This document shows, piece after piece, positions 51,503-64,000 of a DNA stretch of 64,000 bases (positions within the stretch are counted from its first letter, which is position 1; every line of letters starts with the position of its first letter). The translations under genes and the position numbers were made by a program. Under the pieces are notes generated by a model. That model was not told the origin of the DNA and did no database searches. It saw only the letters and a list, made by a program, of their open reading frames with translations. This stretch comes from Microthyrium microscopicum (Eukaryota), in the NCBI GenBank assembly GCA_010405405.1, contig MU004240.1, forward strand, positions 510,316 through 574,315, in the 5' to 3' direction.

Positions 51503-52297
51503 ATGTCTCATCTCCGTGGCATCTTCATCGTCATCGAAGGGCTGGACAAAGCAGGCAAATCAACACAATGCGCTCGTCTAGTGGCCAATATCAGAGACAA
51601 ACTGAACAAACCGGTCGTACAAATGCGTTTCCCAGGTACATTCATCCTGCGTGTACCCGCGCTACAGAACGCTCATTGATTGCAGATCGAACAACCCCAA
51701 CCGGCAAAATGATTAACGATTATCTGAAAGGTGATACGGAAGTGGACGATCATACCATACATCTCCTCTTCAGCGCCAATAGATGGGAAGCTGCGTATGT
51801 TAATCCAGCAGTCCATTCTCATGAAGGTCGTGTTGATTTTTGTGTGCAGACCTCGCATTCGGGAACTGCTTCTTAATGGCACTTCTGTGGTGGTTGATCG
51901 ATACTACTGGTCGGGCATAGTCTACTCTCTCGCAAAAGAGCGCGATGATCTCACTTTCAAATGGGCACGAGGTTGCGATATTGGTCTTCCGATGCCAGAT
52001 CGTTGCTTCTTCCTTGACCTCGATCCAACGCTTGCTAGACAGCGTGGCGGCGGATATGGCGAGGAGCGCTATGAGAAAGAGGCGGTGCAGTTAAAAGTAC
52101 GGGAGAAGTTTGAGTTTGTCTTTAAGAAAGAAGATCATTACCATGTCACTCCTTTAAATGCAAACATGCCGGTCGAGCAAATGGAGAAGATGTTGTTGAA
52201 ATGGGCTGAAAGTTATTTCCAGCAAGCCACTTTGAGTGGTTGGAAGATAGACAGCGTCGCCCCTCTATTTCAGGAGCCGAGACAGGAAGAAGAATAG
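51503..52297 (+). CDS. CDC8: Thymidylate kinase; 3 exons
   Basis: FIVIEGLDKAGKST P-loop, RFPDRTT, HLLFSANRWE, VVDRY.WSG..YS and GEERYE. Confidence 0.93.
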
Positions 52298-52432
52298 GGA
52301 TGTAAGTTCCATGGCGACACACCCCTTTTGATGATTGAAGTTAAAGCATGTATGACTAGCAAAAGTATCAGGACTGGGAGGGACCGAAGGCTATATCGCT
52401 GAGATGGGTTTGAAGCGAGGATCGAACGTAGT

Positions 52433-53731
52433 TTATATGATATCAACGTTATCCCAATCACTGTCCGGTATGACTATCTTCTGAGAAGCCGTCCATTTCG
52501 ACCGTTTCACCTGTCCTGATGGAGGAACAGGGTCACTGCTCAGTATACCGTCTATCGACAGGAACTCGTCATCAGGAGTCTTGTCCTCGTTTCCGTCATC
52601 GTCTGCTTCATGATCATTATCGTTGTCATCGTCTCCGTCGTTATGCATTTCGTCGTAAAGCCAGTCATCGTCAGATTCCTCGCTTTCAGGATCTGCTTCA
52701 TCGGCAACCAATGCGCCAGCCTTTCGTCTAGGAGGCTTCAAGATCTTTGATATCTTAGCCGGAGCGTGAAGTCGTAATGAGAGCTCTTTCGCGAGCGTTA
52801 TCCAATCAGTCTCATGTTCACAGCTCGGACAATTGCCCGTCAACGGCATAATATGCTGCTCCGCTCCCTTCGCCTGCCGTCCCCGAAAATGACCAGCCAG
52901 GCACGCCGGATGCGACACGGCCTCACAATTCTCATGCGGACAAATCATCCCATCCGCCGTTCCCATAGTTTTCCGACAAACCGCACAATTCGCCGCTTCA
53001 TCTTTCATCCTCAACGTCTTCTCAATATGCGGTTTCAGGCGACTATACCCAATATCCAGCGTCACCAACGCCGGCGGCATCACCAACTCCGCCGTGGCAT
53101 CCTCACCCGCAACCGCCTTCTCCTTCCCTCTCTTAACAGCAGTCCCCATCTCCGCCAACGGATCCAACAGCACATCCACACCCTCCCTAACCCTCCCCAC
53201 CGCCCTACCACACCACAACTCCCACTCCCTAAACGCCACCCCCTCCAAAAACCGCACACTCAACGGCCACCTCTCAAAGCTCCTACAAGTCAGTAGCGCA
53301 TGTAAATCCCCCAACGCCGCCCTAACACTCCTCGCCACCCCCCTCTTTCCCCTCCCACCGTTCCCCTTCCCCTCACCTTTCCCACCAACACCTCCCAAAC
53401 CCCCACTATCCCCTTGCCCTTCCCCATCGTCTCTGCCTATTCGTCTACTCTTATAAGCATGCTGCCAAGCCCACTCAAACTGCAACGCCGCCAAACTACT
53501 CGGAAACCCATGCACCAGCACAACCATTCTCCACGGCCGATAATTCGCCCTCGCAGTGCGGACTGCGCCGCCGGGTAGGAGGCCGTTGTGTTGGCGCCAG
53601 CGGCGGGGTGGATGCGGGGTGGAGCCGATGTAGGGAGAGGCGGAGGGTTTGGTGGTGGAGCGTAGGAGGTAGCAGGCGTAGAAGGGGGGGATTGGGGGCA
53701 TGGGGGTTGAGTAGGGGTGGGAGGATTCCAT
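52433..53731 (-). CDS. SLX1: Structure-specific endonuclease subunit Slx1
   Basis: GIY-YIG domain (FYACYLLRS..YIGST..RRWRQHNG, ALQFEWAWQ) plus a C-terminal RING-like Cys/His array and an acidic tail. Confidence 0.93.
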   Translation of the reverse strand: MESSHPYSTPMPPIPPFYACYLLRSTTKPSASPYIGSTPHPPRRWRQHNGLLPGGAVRTARANYRPWRMVVLVHGFPSSLAALQFEWAWQHAYKSRRIGRDDGEGQGDSGGLGGVGGKGEGKGNGGRGKRGVARSVRAALGDLHALLTCRSFERWPLSVRFLEGVAFREWELWCGRAVGRVREGVDVLLDPLAEMGTAVKRGKEKAVAGEDATAELVMPPALVTLDIGYSRLKPHIEKTLRMKDEAANCAVCRKTMGTADGMICPHENCEAVSHPACLAGHFRGRQAKGAEQHIMPLTGNCPSCEHETDWITLAKELSLRLHAPAKISKILKPPRRKAGALVADEADPESEESDDDWLYDEMHNDGDDDNDNDHEADDDGNEDKTPDDEFLSIDGILSSDPVPPSGQVKRSKWTASQKIVIPDSDWDNVDII

Positions 53732-55929
53732 TCAGGAGGATGTGAGAGAGGAATTGCTGTTATTTGATGGAACAATGGGTGAGTTATTGGTACATGGTTT
53801 GAATTTCGGAAGTTCAAGGTTGCGAAGGAGGATTATTTGGGGTTGGTTGCGGGTTGGAGTTTGAAGGTGGCGATTGAGTTGATGGATGGTTGTAAACAGT
53901 GATTGACGCGAGGCGCGATGGCGGGAATTGACCAATCAGAGGGTAGGAGCGACTGGGAGCCATTGATTTGGATGAGTTCAGTTAAGCCAGAGACCAAATG
54001 GATAAGTAGAAAACGCTTTTCAGCCTGAAATGACCTTTCCGAAACAATCCCTAGGTTCGGTTATTGAAGTTTCTCAAAGGGTTGGTTCTCCGGAAGAATG
54101 CTGCCTAGTCGTCCTTGAGTATTCGCGTTTCAATTATTACCAATTTTTCGACGACCAACCCGGAATTGCATGTTTTTGAAAAAGTTTCAGGAGCAATATT
54201 AGCGACGAATCATTGGAACATAAATTGTTGTTATAAGACGGGTCATTTTTTTCATTCCCTGTTGATTCAGTGATAGAATCAGCAATGCATCAGGCATGTG
54301 TACAAATCTCAGTATAGGGCCAGCAACAAAGCACTCGTTCGATAGAACGGCACCCGTTCAAAACGATACTACTCAAGATTACCTTGTATATTTGATGGAG
54401 GTGAATCAACATGGCCTCTATTTGTGAATAATAGTTGGGGACGTATGGCAAGAAGGTGATCCAAAGGATGATAGGCGCTTGAAATGAAGCTACGGTACGA
54501 ACTTCAAGACCGATGGATATAATCTCCGTATGTTAGTCGCCTTAATGTCAGATTTGGTCAATGTCAAAGTAGACATGAAGTTAGAGGTGGCCAATGAGAT
54601 CAAGTGGCTACGGAGGTAGAGGTTGAATTTCTCGATGTCCAACCACATGTCGTGATCTGATTCGATGAATGCATATAGTCTCATAGCACTCGGCGATTGC
54701 CTTAGAATGCATTTCTGAGCGAGTGCTTTGGTCGCTAGCGCACTTGATGGTCGCGGCCAATGCTAAAGGCTCGTGTTCATTAGCACAAGCATGCTTGACA
54801 TCTGGCATGGAGAGTGACGAATAAGTGCGAAAAGAGATGTTGAGATTGGTCTCATAAGAGCAGATTTTGAAGATAGAGTGCAGTATATTTAAAAACTAGT
54901 TGATTTTATGATTGTTAATGGGATGAAGTTGGAGACAAGATGTCGTTAAATTTAACAACAACGTTTTTGGTAAAGGGAAGGAGCTGCCGATCGCCAAGTC
55001 AACCAATAGGAGCAATGAAACAACCCAACATTTTCGGTGGATGCTAACAGGCGCGATTTGATGCAACCTCTGGAAATAGGGTTGCGATCCGCCTAATTTT
55101 TAAGACTATCAATTTGCGCAACCACATTTTATGCATCCTCTGGCATCATTGAGGATCGAGTAGAAGTTATGCAAATCCAAACTATTCTGAGAGTATAGTA
55201 TATCGACAAATGACTCGAAGGTAGCATGGAGTGTTTGCTTCCTTTGCAGGACTGAGAAGACAGGTAGTAGAATAGGCTAAACCACTTCGGGGCAAGACAG
55301 GGCAAAAGGCAGCAGGTGCGAACCAGTCCCAGCACAGAGCACTCCACAGTCCGCTGCATCGCCCTTTCCCTTTCTGCTGGCTGCCTCTTGCTGTCTGTGT
55401 CCATCATCCATCCATCTCCCCATTGCTCCTTCCACCTAAACCTCCTACACCTACACCTCCACCTCAATCCGCCTACTCCCAGTCTTCGAGGCTCCTCCCT
55501 ACATCTCCTATATCGCCTGATATACCTCCAAATAAACATCTTGCCGCCATATACCGATACCTTGGTGCTAAGCTGTACATTTCACTTCCCAGCCCCTCTC
55601 CATAGCGAACATCAAGGGTACCATCTCTCCCTAGCCTGGCCACACTCACCCACCCTTTCTCGCCTCTTCATCCTTCCGAATCGCTGCGATATTATGTCCA
55701 GCCATTCAATCGAGGATCTTTAGCTCAATCGCCGTCTACTCAGCCTCTTTTACCATTCCATATACTCCGCAATCATCCATTGCGGTTTTCCCGGCCTTGC
55801 CAAAGAAATACTTGATATCTGACCTGCGCTGGTCTTTATCCTTATATTGGTGCCTACAAAGGCTGCCATTTCTAATAGATCGCTTTTCCATCTATTATAC
55901 AATCGATAACCCCTACACAACTCGCCAGC

Positions 55930-58900
55930 ATGAATAATCAGCCTCTTGTCGTTCGAATGGCGAGTGCCACACCGTCTGCTTCTGCTTCTGCTACGGCTTC
56001 ACAACCACCTCCTCCACGAGCGAGAATGGCTAGTGCTACTGCACCTCCATCGGCTGCGCCTATATCCAGCTCAATACCACTTAGTGCGCGCAAATCTGCC
56101 GTTTTGGACATGAATACTGTTGAGCGGAGAGGTCAAACTGCGCCGCTATCGTCTTCTACAGCAAAACCCAAGGCATCAAGACCACATGACCTTCAAGAAG
56201 CGCCGACTTTCCGTCCTACAGAAGAAGAATTCAAAAATGGACCAATAGAATATATTCAAAAGATTGCAGAAGAAGGTCGAAAATATGGAATAGTCAAGAT
56301 TATTCCTCCCGAGGGATGGAAACCACCATTTGTGGTTGACTCAGAAGTATGACAACAAGTCCAATTGTTTTTCAGCTTTGCTAATTATATCAGAAATTCC
56401 ACTTTCGTACTCGAAAACAAGAACTGAATCAAACTGATGGTGGTATGTGGTTTTTCTCATCGTTTCCTCTTCCATGCTAACATCAACAGGCACTCGAGCC
56501 AACCTCAACTATCTCGATAATCTTGCCAAATTTCACAAACAGCGAAGTGGAACAGCCTTGAACAGATTTCCCAGTGTCGACAAGCGTCCATTAGACTTGT
56601 ACAAGCTTAAGAAATTCGTTGAAGACAAGGGTGGTTTTGATGCTGTTTGTAAAGGCAAAAGATGGGCCGAAATTGGTCGAGACTTGGGTTATAGTGGAAA
56701 GATCATGTCATCACTTTCGACTTCATTGAAAAACTCGTACTCAAAATGGCTTCAGCCATACGAAGATTGGCTCAAAGAAAACAAACCAGCTGTACTTCAA
56801 GCTCAACACGAACGAGAAAACGGAACCCCATATACCCCAAGTCCTGGTCCCAACTCTACACATCATACTCCTCTACCAGCACCCAGCGCTGAACCCGCGA
56901 TGAAGGCTTCGCAGATTCTGAATGCCCAATTGAATGAATCATCAGCACCTCTACCTCCGGCGCCAATTGTCGCGCCAATCGTTCCTCCACCAATACAGGC
57001 TCCGTCGGGTTTTACTGCTGTGAATACTGGATTTACAGCCGTCAATGCTCCTCCCCCTTCAGGATTTGCTGCCATCAATGCGCCAATTGTAGCGCCTCCA
57101 GCTCCAGAGTATCCAACTCCTCATTCAAATGGACATAGCCCTATGCCTTCAGTAAACGGAACTCCCATGATTATTGATCCTTCAAATCCTCCAATCAATG
57201 GTCTGAAGCGTCAAAATTCGGTAGACTCGGAAAGCTTGGCCAATGGGGATGAGTCGGGTCGTAGAAGCAAGCGGGCTAAAAAGGGCGACTCTGCTCCAAC
57301 CGTCACAGGATCACAAATGATGCAACCTCGATTAGCTGCTCAATCATTCGCGATCCCTCGCGATCGAAGCAACGACAAACCAGGTGACTGCGATGTATGT
57401 GGCAAAGGGGATGAGGCTGGTGCATCACTGGTTTGCGATAGTTGTGATATGACATTCCACAAGGCTTGTCTTGATCAGCCACCAAAAACTGCAGCCCCTG
57501 AAGGTGATTGGCATTGCCCACGTTGTCTTGTAGGAACACAAGAGTACGGTTTTGAAGAAGGTGGAACATATTCTTTGAAGCAATTTCAAGAAAAGGCGCA
57601 GAATTTCAAGGCTCGTCACTTTGCCAAGAAGAATGGTGGAAATCCAGATGAAAAGCAAGATGTTTCGGAAGATGAAGTGGAACGTGAATTCTGGCGCCTT
57701 ACTGAGAGCCTTACAGAAACAGTTGAAGTCGAATATGGTGCTGACATTCACTCAACGACTCACGGAAGTGGATTCCCCACAATCGAACGCCAGCCATTTG
57801 ATTCATACTCAATGGATCCTTGGAATTTGAACGTCATGCCTCTTGATAAAGATTCACTTTTCCGATACATCAAGACCGATATTTCAGGAATGACAGTTCC
57901 ATGGCTCTATGTAGGCATGTGCTTCTCCACCTTCTGCTGGCATAACGAGGATCATTGGACCTATTCTGCAAATTATCAACACTTTGGTGAAACCAAGACC
58001 TGGTACGGTATTCCTAGTGGAAGTGCCGAACGATTCGAGGCAGCCATGAAGGAAACGGTTCCAGAATTATTTGAACAACAACCAGATCTACTCTATCAAC
58101 TCGTCACTCTTCTTCAACCTGATAAGCTTCGGAAAGCTGGTGTCGAAGCCTATGCTCTAGATCAACATGCTGGAGAGTTTGTCATCACTTTCCCTCAAGC
58201 GTACCATGCTGGCTTCAATCATGGTTTCAACTTCAACGAAGCTGTCAACTTTGCCCCCTCTGACTGGGAACCATTCGGATCAAAGGCCATTGAACGCTTG
58301 CAAGAATTCAAGCGCCCGCCAGTCTTTTCGCATGAGGAGTTACTCTTTGCAGCTGCAGAACCTTTGCTTTCTTCATCAACCAAAGATCACTCGATTACGA
58401 CAGCAAAATGGCTCGCTCCTGCTTTGCAACGTATCATATCAAAAGAACTGAAAGAACGAAACGAGTTTGAGCAGAAACTAGAGAGCACTGAAAATGAGCT
58501 CATCGAACGACGAAAATCGCAGAATCTTTCTGATCAAGGACGCCCACTCGATAATCCTGATGGCCCTACTGACAACAACTGGCCTTCTCCTGCATCTGAT
58601 TTCCCTTACACAAGAGATGAGAAAATTGTCGCAGATGAAGAAATGGTTTGCATACTTTGCAAGCGATACGCCTACTGTTCTCGATTCATCTGCCATAACA
58701 GCAAGAAAATTCTCTGTCTGTCTCACTGCTGGAGTTATGATTGTTGTAACACATCACAAACTGATCGATTATCTCTTGCCGATTACAAACACGAGGTCTA
58801 TATTCGCGAGTCACGGGAAGATCTTCAGAAAATCATAACAAAGGTGACTGATATCTCCAAGACTCCAGAGGCTTGGGAAGAGAAGCTCGACGCCTTGCTG

Positions 58901-61330
58901 GAAGATGAACCTCGTCCGGCGCTGAAGACGCTTAGATCCATTGTGACCGAAGGTGAAAAAATTGATGCGTCGTGGCCACTACAACGTCTTGTCGAGCTAA
59001 AAGAGTTTGTAGCTCGCTGTAATGCGTGGGTCGAGGAGGCTACAGCTTTTACAGCTCGCAAAACTGCTGGACGACGAAAAAGCGAGATGAGATCACGCGG
59101 GTCCATCTCGGAGAAGAAGGCTGAAACTTCGGAGAGCAAGAAGGATGCTCTGCGAAATCCAGAGAACATCAAGAAGCTCCTCAAATCTGCTGCGGACCTT
59201 GGCTTCGAATGTCCGGAACTGGAAAAACTTCATGAACGCTGGGACCGAATCAAGGATTTCCGCAAAAAGGCTCGTACGGCTCTGGATCGCCCTCATATTA
59301 CAGCCAGTGAACTCACCGAAGTCATCGATGAAGGCAAGGATATTGATATGGATCTGCCTGAAATGAAAACCCTGGACATCCGAGTACGAACAGTTCAATG
59401 GTTTGCTAATGCCAAGGATTACACTGACAAAATGAGCCAAGGCAGCCCTCTAAGCCTAGACGAGCTAGTGGAATTTATCGAGGCTGGCAAAGTCCTGGAA
59501 ATTCGGGAAGGCAACGATTTCATGGTCTACTTTAACCAACAAAAAACCCAAGGTGACTTTTGGGAATCCAAGGCCAAGGAAATCATGTCCATGGAAGCCG
59601 TTAACTTTCATCAGCTCGACGCCCTCTATAAGCAAGCTTCTCAGCTACCCGTATCACGAAACACTCTCTCTGCCATCGACGAAATGCTTAAGAAACAACG
59701 CGAGGCCCAGGAACGGATCATGATTTTATACGAGCGCACAAAGAGCCTAGAATTCCGGGACCGGCCGAACTACAAGGAGGTACGAGATACTATGGAGGGG
59801 TTGGCAGAGATGAACAGCAAGCCTCCAGGAACACTGGATCTGGAGCGGGAACAAAAGCGCCACGAAGACTGGATGCGTCGCGGAAAGAAACTTTTTGGAA
59901 AAGCTAATGCGCCTCTTCACATTTTGCTTCAGCACATGCAATTTGTGCAGGAACGAAATGCTGCATGCCTTGATTTGTCTGATAAACCTAGAATGCCAGT
60001 GGAACCTGCTTCTCGTGAACAAACTCCAGACGAACCAGCTTTTGAAGAAGCACATGGATCTAGTCGCGATGTTTTCTGCATTTGTCGCAAACCAGAATCT
60101 GGTATGATGATTGAATGCGAAATGTGCCACGAATGGTATCACGGACGTTGCCTCAAAATTGCTCGTGGCAAAGTCAAGGAAGATGATAAGTACACTTGTC
60201 CTATTTGCGACTATCGCGTCAAAATTCCTCGTGATGCGGCTCGACCCAAACTCGAGGAACTTTTGCAATGGCAAGATGAAATCTATAATCTACCTTTCCA
60301 GCCAGAGGAAGAATATGTCTTGGAGGAAATCATCAATGTCGCTCAAGAATTCAGGATCGCCATCGGATACCTCATCAATCCTGTCACTAGCACTCCAGAT
60401 GATCTTCCTGTTCAGCGGTTCTTCCTTCGCAAGATTGAAGGCGCAGATGTTCTCCTTACGGACGAGACCAATTTCCTACGCCAAGCAGTCCATCGTTGCG
60501 CTCCAGTTGCTCCAGAACCACCAAGAATGATTGAGGTATCTTTGTCTACTCGCAAGCCACGACCTACCAAGGCCCAGAAACTTATGAGCAAGATGGGTGT
60601 CCAAAGCATCGATGATCTTCCCGAAAATCTACGACCAAAAGCGCCAAAGAATCGCAAACATCCTTACCCAGATGGCCATCGCTCTGGAAAAGGCTCTATC
60701 CCTGCCAATCCTTCATCAAATGCCAAACCAGGCGAGTCTATATCGGTACCTACGACCTACGCTGCGAGTCGAATCACGTCGTCAGCTCACAAAAACTCTC
60801 CTTCCTTATCTCACTCAGCACGAGGATCGACATCAACAGCAAACTCCAACAACGGCAATGACGGTACACCCACCTTTGCCTTTGACACACCTCCCATGCG
60901 AGAGCAGAACCACACTCCAGTCACCAATTCCGCTCCCTTCGTCACAAATCCCGCCTCGCCGCTCTTCGACACCTACGGCCCTCCTTCCGGTGAGCCATCT
61001 CGAGCGCCATTCGCGAACCCTGGTACATTTCGGGCAGGCAACTCTATTGATCCGCAACTCGATAATCTCTTTGCGCATCCGAGTGGGTTGCATAGTGGTC
61101 TTCATAACACGACTTCACCTGAGCATGACCATTTAGATCCCAGTCTCATGACAACTGCCGGCGCAATGGCTAGCTCCATATCTGGCTCTATGGCTGGCGC
61201 AGCTAAGGACGCGTCTGAGAGCATGGACGACCATCTATTTGGCTCGTTGACTAATGGCGGCGAGGACTATGATATGTTCAATGGGCGCGATACGGATATG
61301 GAGGATGCTGATGATCGAGGGCGCTACTAG
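55930..61330 (+). CDS. KDM5: JARID1/KDM5-family H3K4 demethylase (Lid2/KdmB-like); 3 exons
   Basis: JmjN (APTFRPTEEEF), ARID, PHD, JmjC (FCWHNED...YHAGFNHG), C5HC2 finger, PLU-1 and a second PHD. Introns at 56347-56393 and 56443-56489. Confidence 0.95.
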
Positions 61331-61819
61331 GATCAGTGTTGATGAGAGATGATTATATGGCATGGTGGATTGCGCTGATATGATCATAATTCTTCATCCA
61401 TCATCGGGCATTTACAGGGCGGTTCATTGTGATGCAGCGATTGGCGGTAGTGTATTGATGGTTGTAACTACCAGATATATGTTTACCGTGCCAACGCTTC
61501 ATCATTGGGTGCGGAAATTATCTTTTATATTGCATGTTTTTCTTTGCATTTTCATGGTTGGGGGATGGGTATACCACTTGATCAATATTGTACTTTAGAA
61601 TGACTTCTTTAATATGTCTGAGTCAACTCTCATGCTTTTGTCAGCAACGGAAAAAACGGGGGTGGGAAGGGAGAAAACCGTGTTATTCAGTTTTCGGATG
61701 TTGTGTGTGTGATTTACTGTCACTGTATTGTACTGCTTGTTGCAAGGGAGAGCAGATAAAGTTCAATGAGAAATATCTAATCATGCTGTTCACATCCACT
61801 ACTTCCTTCCATGTTGTAT

Positions 61820-64000
61820 TCATCTGTATACTCGTCCTGCGATTGGCACACCAACAGCTCCGGAACTAAAGCCACAGTGTCCAGCACCGCTTATGCTATC
61901 TTCGCTCAGTACTCCCCATCTAACCTTGCCATATGGTCCCTCTTCATCTTCGTCTAGCAAGTCCCTCTTCTCGCCCTCTTCTCCTTTACGCGCGGCATGA
62001 CACGCTGCTGCTATGCCAGCGCTACAACTACCAACCATCGGCATTCCGCCGTCCACTCGTCTCATGCCTACAGCTACTACGGCAGCTGCACCGACCAGTC
62101 CTACAACTAGCACGGCTACGAGTCCAATTGGCGCATATCCTGTACCCAACTCATCGAACGCCCGAAACCGTCCACCAAATCGGTCAAAAGCTTCTACGTA
62201 TACGAGGAAAAGCGCTTGACTTGCCAACCAATGAAGCAGCGCCGCACTACCTAGCAATGGGATCGCCGTGCGCAGTGGCAACGCTAGGAGATAAGATGTT
62301 CGCTGAGCGCCATGCGCGTCCGCAGAAACCCTCAATCCCTTCGGCGTGGTAGCGAACCGTGACCAGGAAGACGCAAGATGGAAATTCGTTAGCAGAGATG
62401 TCGTGAACAGATGGACGATGCTGAGAATAAGTTGCGGTGTATTAGTTAGCAGGACGTTTAGCAGGAGTCCACGGGCGCCGGATTGGGGAAGGGCGGTGGG
62501 GAGGATGGTGCGGTCGTCGATTGTTCCTAGGCCTAGAGCGAGGAGGGCGCGGGGCGTGGAGGAGTCGAGGGCGTGGAGGTCGCGGAGGGAGAGGATTAGG
62601 AGGACTAGCAGGCTGATGAGTGTTGTGAGGACGAGGGTGGTGGTTGTGTAGAGGCGGCGTGGGCTGGCGGATTGGTAGCGGCGGAGGGGGGTGAGGGAGT
62701 AGGTTTGGTGGAGACTGTGGAGAGTAGACCAGATGGGCTGGGCGGTTATGGTACTTGCTGGGAGGAGACACATGTTAATGGTATGGGGGTCGGGTGTGGT
62801 CATGAAGCTGGCGATGGCATCGCCGAGGGTTAGGAGTGGAGGGGCTTTGACGAGAGCGACGGCGACGTAGGCCTGGAATCTGTTAGTATAGAATTAGATC
62901 GAAGCTAACACTATGAAAAGATCAAATGGTCTTTTCGTAGTGAGATCGTCGAATACCGATCACTTTCGATGCGATCCATAGCACTCGGTTAGGAACGCAT
63001 TCTATGGTAGCCATCGAGTACGAAGAGAGGCATGACTGTTTTTATTCCGACGAATGTCGTTAACGAGTGGGGTTTGGGCCGGGGAATGTTACCATTATGA
63101 CAGTTTTCACCAGGTTTAGGACAATGACGGTAACGCAGATATGTAGACTCGTTTGCAAACGGCAGCGTTCGGGGACGATTTCAGATAAACAGTGCTTTAC
63201 GCGCGCACCAAAGGGGGTCCAATTGTTCTTGATTCTGTCAATGTTGCCAGAGCATTTAAGCGTGCCGACGGATGGGAGTTGTGCGCAGACCCAGTTGGCG
63301 AGCGGATGGTATTCGAGCGTGATTCCTAATGGACTGGAGATGTATGGCTTGTAGCGGTGAGTGGCATTGAGCAAGTGTTGTTCCTCTACGATTAAGAGGG
63401 CGCCTCGCTTGGTTGGATATGCGTTGCTATATGCGGTGATACAGTCCTGGGGGTTGAGATATTCTAGGACGTTGTAGGCTGCGAGGAATCGGAAGCGTTC
63501 AGCAAGGGTTTCGGCGTCGGATTGGAGACGAAGTTTTTCGGATCGTGTTCCGTTTTCGCGCAGGTCGTCGTCAATTGTGTTTAAATCGAATTGTATAGGC
63601 GTAGTGGAATTGAGAAATTGACCGTCGGAAGAGAGGATGTCGTAATCACGTAGAGCTAATGAAGTGAACACTGCCGAGTTGTAACTGAGAAATATTAGCC
63701 AGATTATCTGTAGTAGATATTTGTTGACTTTATACAAGAGATGAAGTGGAAGAGATGAAGCCCCTAGAAGTATCCATAGAAAAGCCCGCTTACGACATAT
63801 ATATCGCAAGTTCTTGAGGCTGATATTGCCAATTGAAAGCCACTGGTTCTTGGAATGAGCTATATCAACATCATGTCGAGTAGGTGCAGACAATATCTGC
63901 ATAACGTAGCTACTGGCTCCCAATAGTACTGTACTCAGCAGATTGATTAGGAGATGCAGACCGAGACTGATGTTTTTCGTTTTCTTGCAACTTCCCTCGA
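61820..64000 (-). CDS. DUF6536-like multi-pass membrane protein, 5' end beyond the window
   Basis: LHLLINLLST.LLGASSY.MQILSAPTR, SSLPLHLL, LLTLGDAIASF, NTPQLILS, KGLRVS, QRTSYLLALP, HWLASQ and GSCSAGIAAACH. Confidence 0.8.
62873..63092 (-). mobile_element. Introner-like intron (220 nt)
   Basis: Colinear with intron 24257-24478 from donor to acceptor; splicing gives KTVIM|AYVAV in frame. Confidence 0.8.

Noticed and set aside
53040..53760. Strong C/G strand skew and long antisense ORFs in SLX1 (also at 62350-62870)
   Set aside because: Explained by codon bias of the real gene; the antisense ORFs are low-complexity shadows.
54490..55723. ORFs between SLX1 and KDM5
   Set aside because: No domain evidence; 55300-55900 looks like a pyrimidine-rich 5' UTR/promoter of KDM5.

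Overview
Filamentous ascomycete (Pezizomycotina-type) genomic DNA in two sharply different compartments. Bases 1-~17550 are an AT-rich block of nested transposons mutated by RIP (repeat-induced point mutation). It holds a 61-bp minisatellite, a TSD-flanked LINE-type element carrying only ORF1, a full-length Ty3/Gypsy chromovirus with an extra spliced antisense gene, a probable hAT end and a 170-N gap. Bases ~17550-64000 are gene-rich: CYP450, MrpL15, S41 peptidase, CinA-like protein, a MITE, Zn2Cys6 TF, an MDR reductase with a nonsense codon, Glc8, QTRT2, a hypothetical protein, AA9 LPMO, a defensin-like peptide, a HET protein, DUF3176, Cdc8, Slx1, KDM5/Lid2 and a partial DUF6536 gene. Two signals stand out and are not visible in the ORF track. 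First, long (212-274 nt) spliceosomal introns in four unrelated genes resemble each other, two of them splice site to splice site; this is an introner-like element signature, and their 19-bp palindromic core also occurs between genes. Second, a 9-exon micro-exon gene encodes a 102-aa secreted protein made of RQG(H/R)x(D/E)(I/L/V) heptad repeats. Gene models were assembled by eye from splice signals and motifs; no database searches were run.
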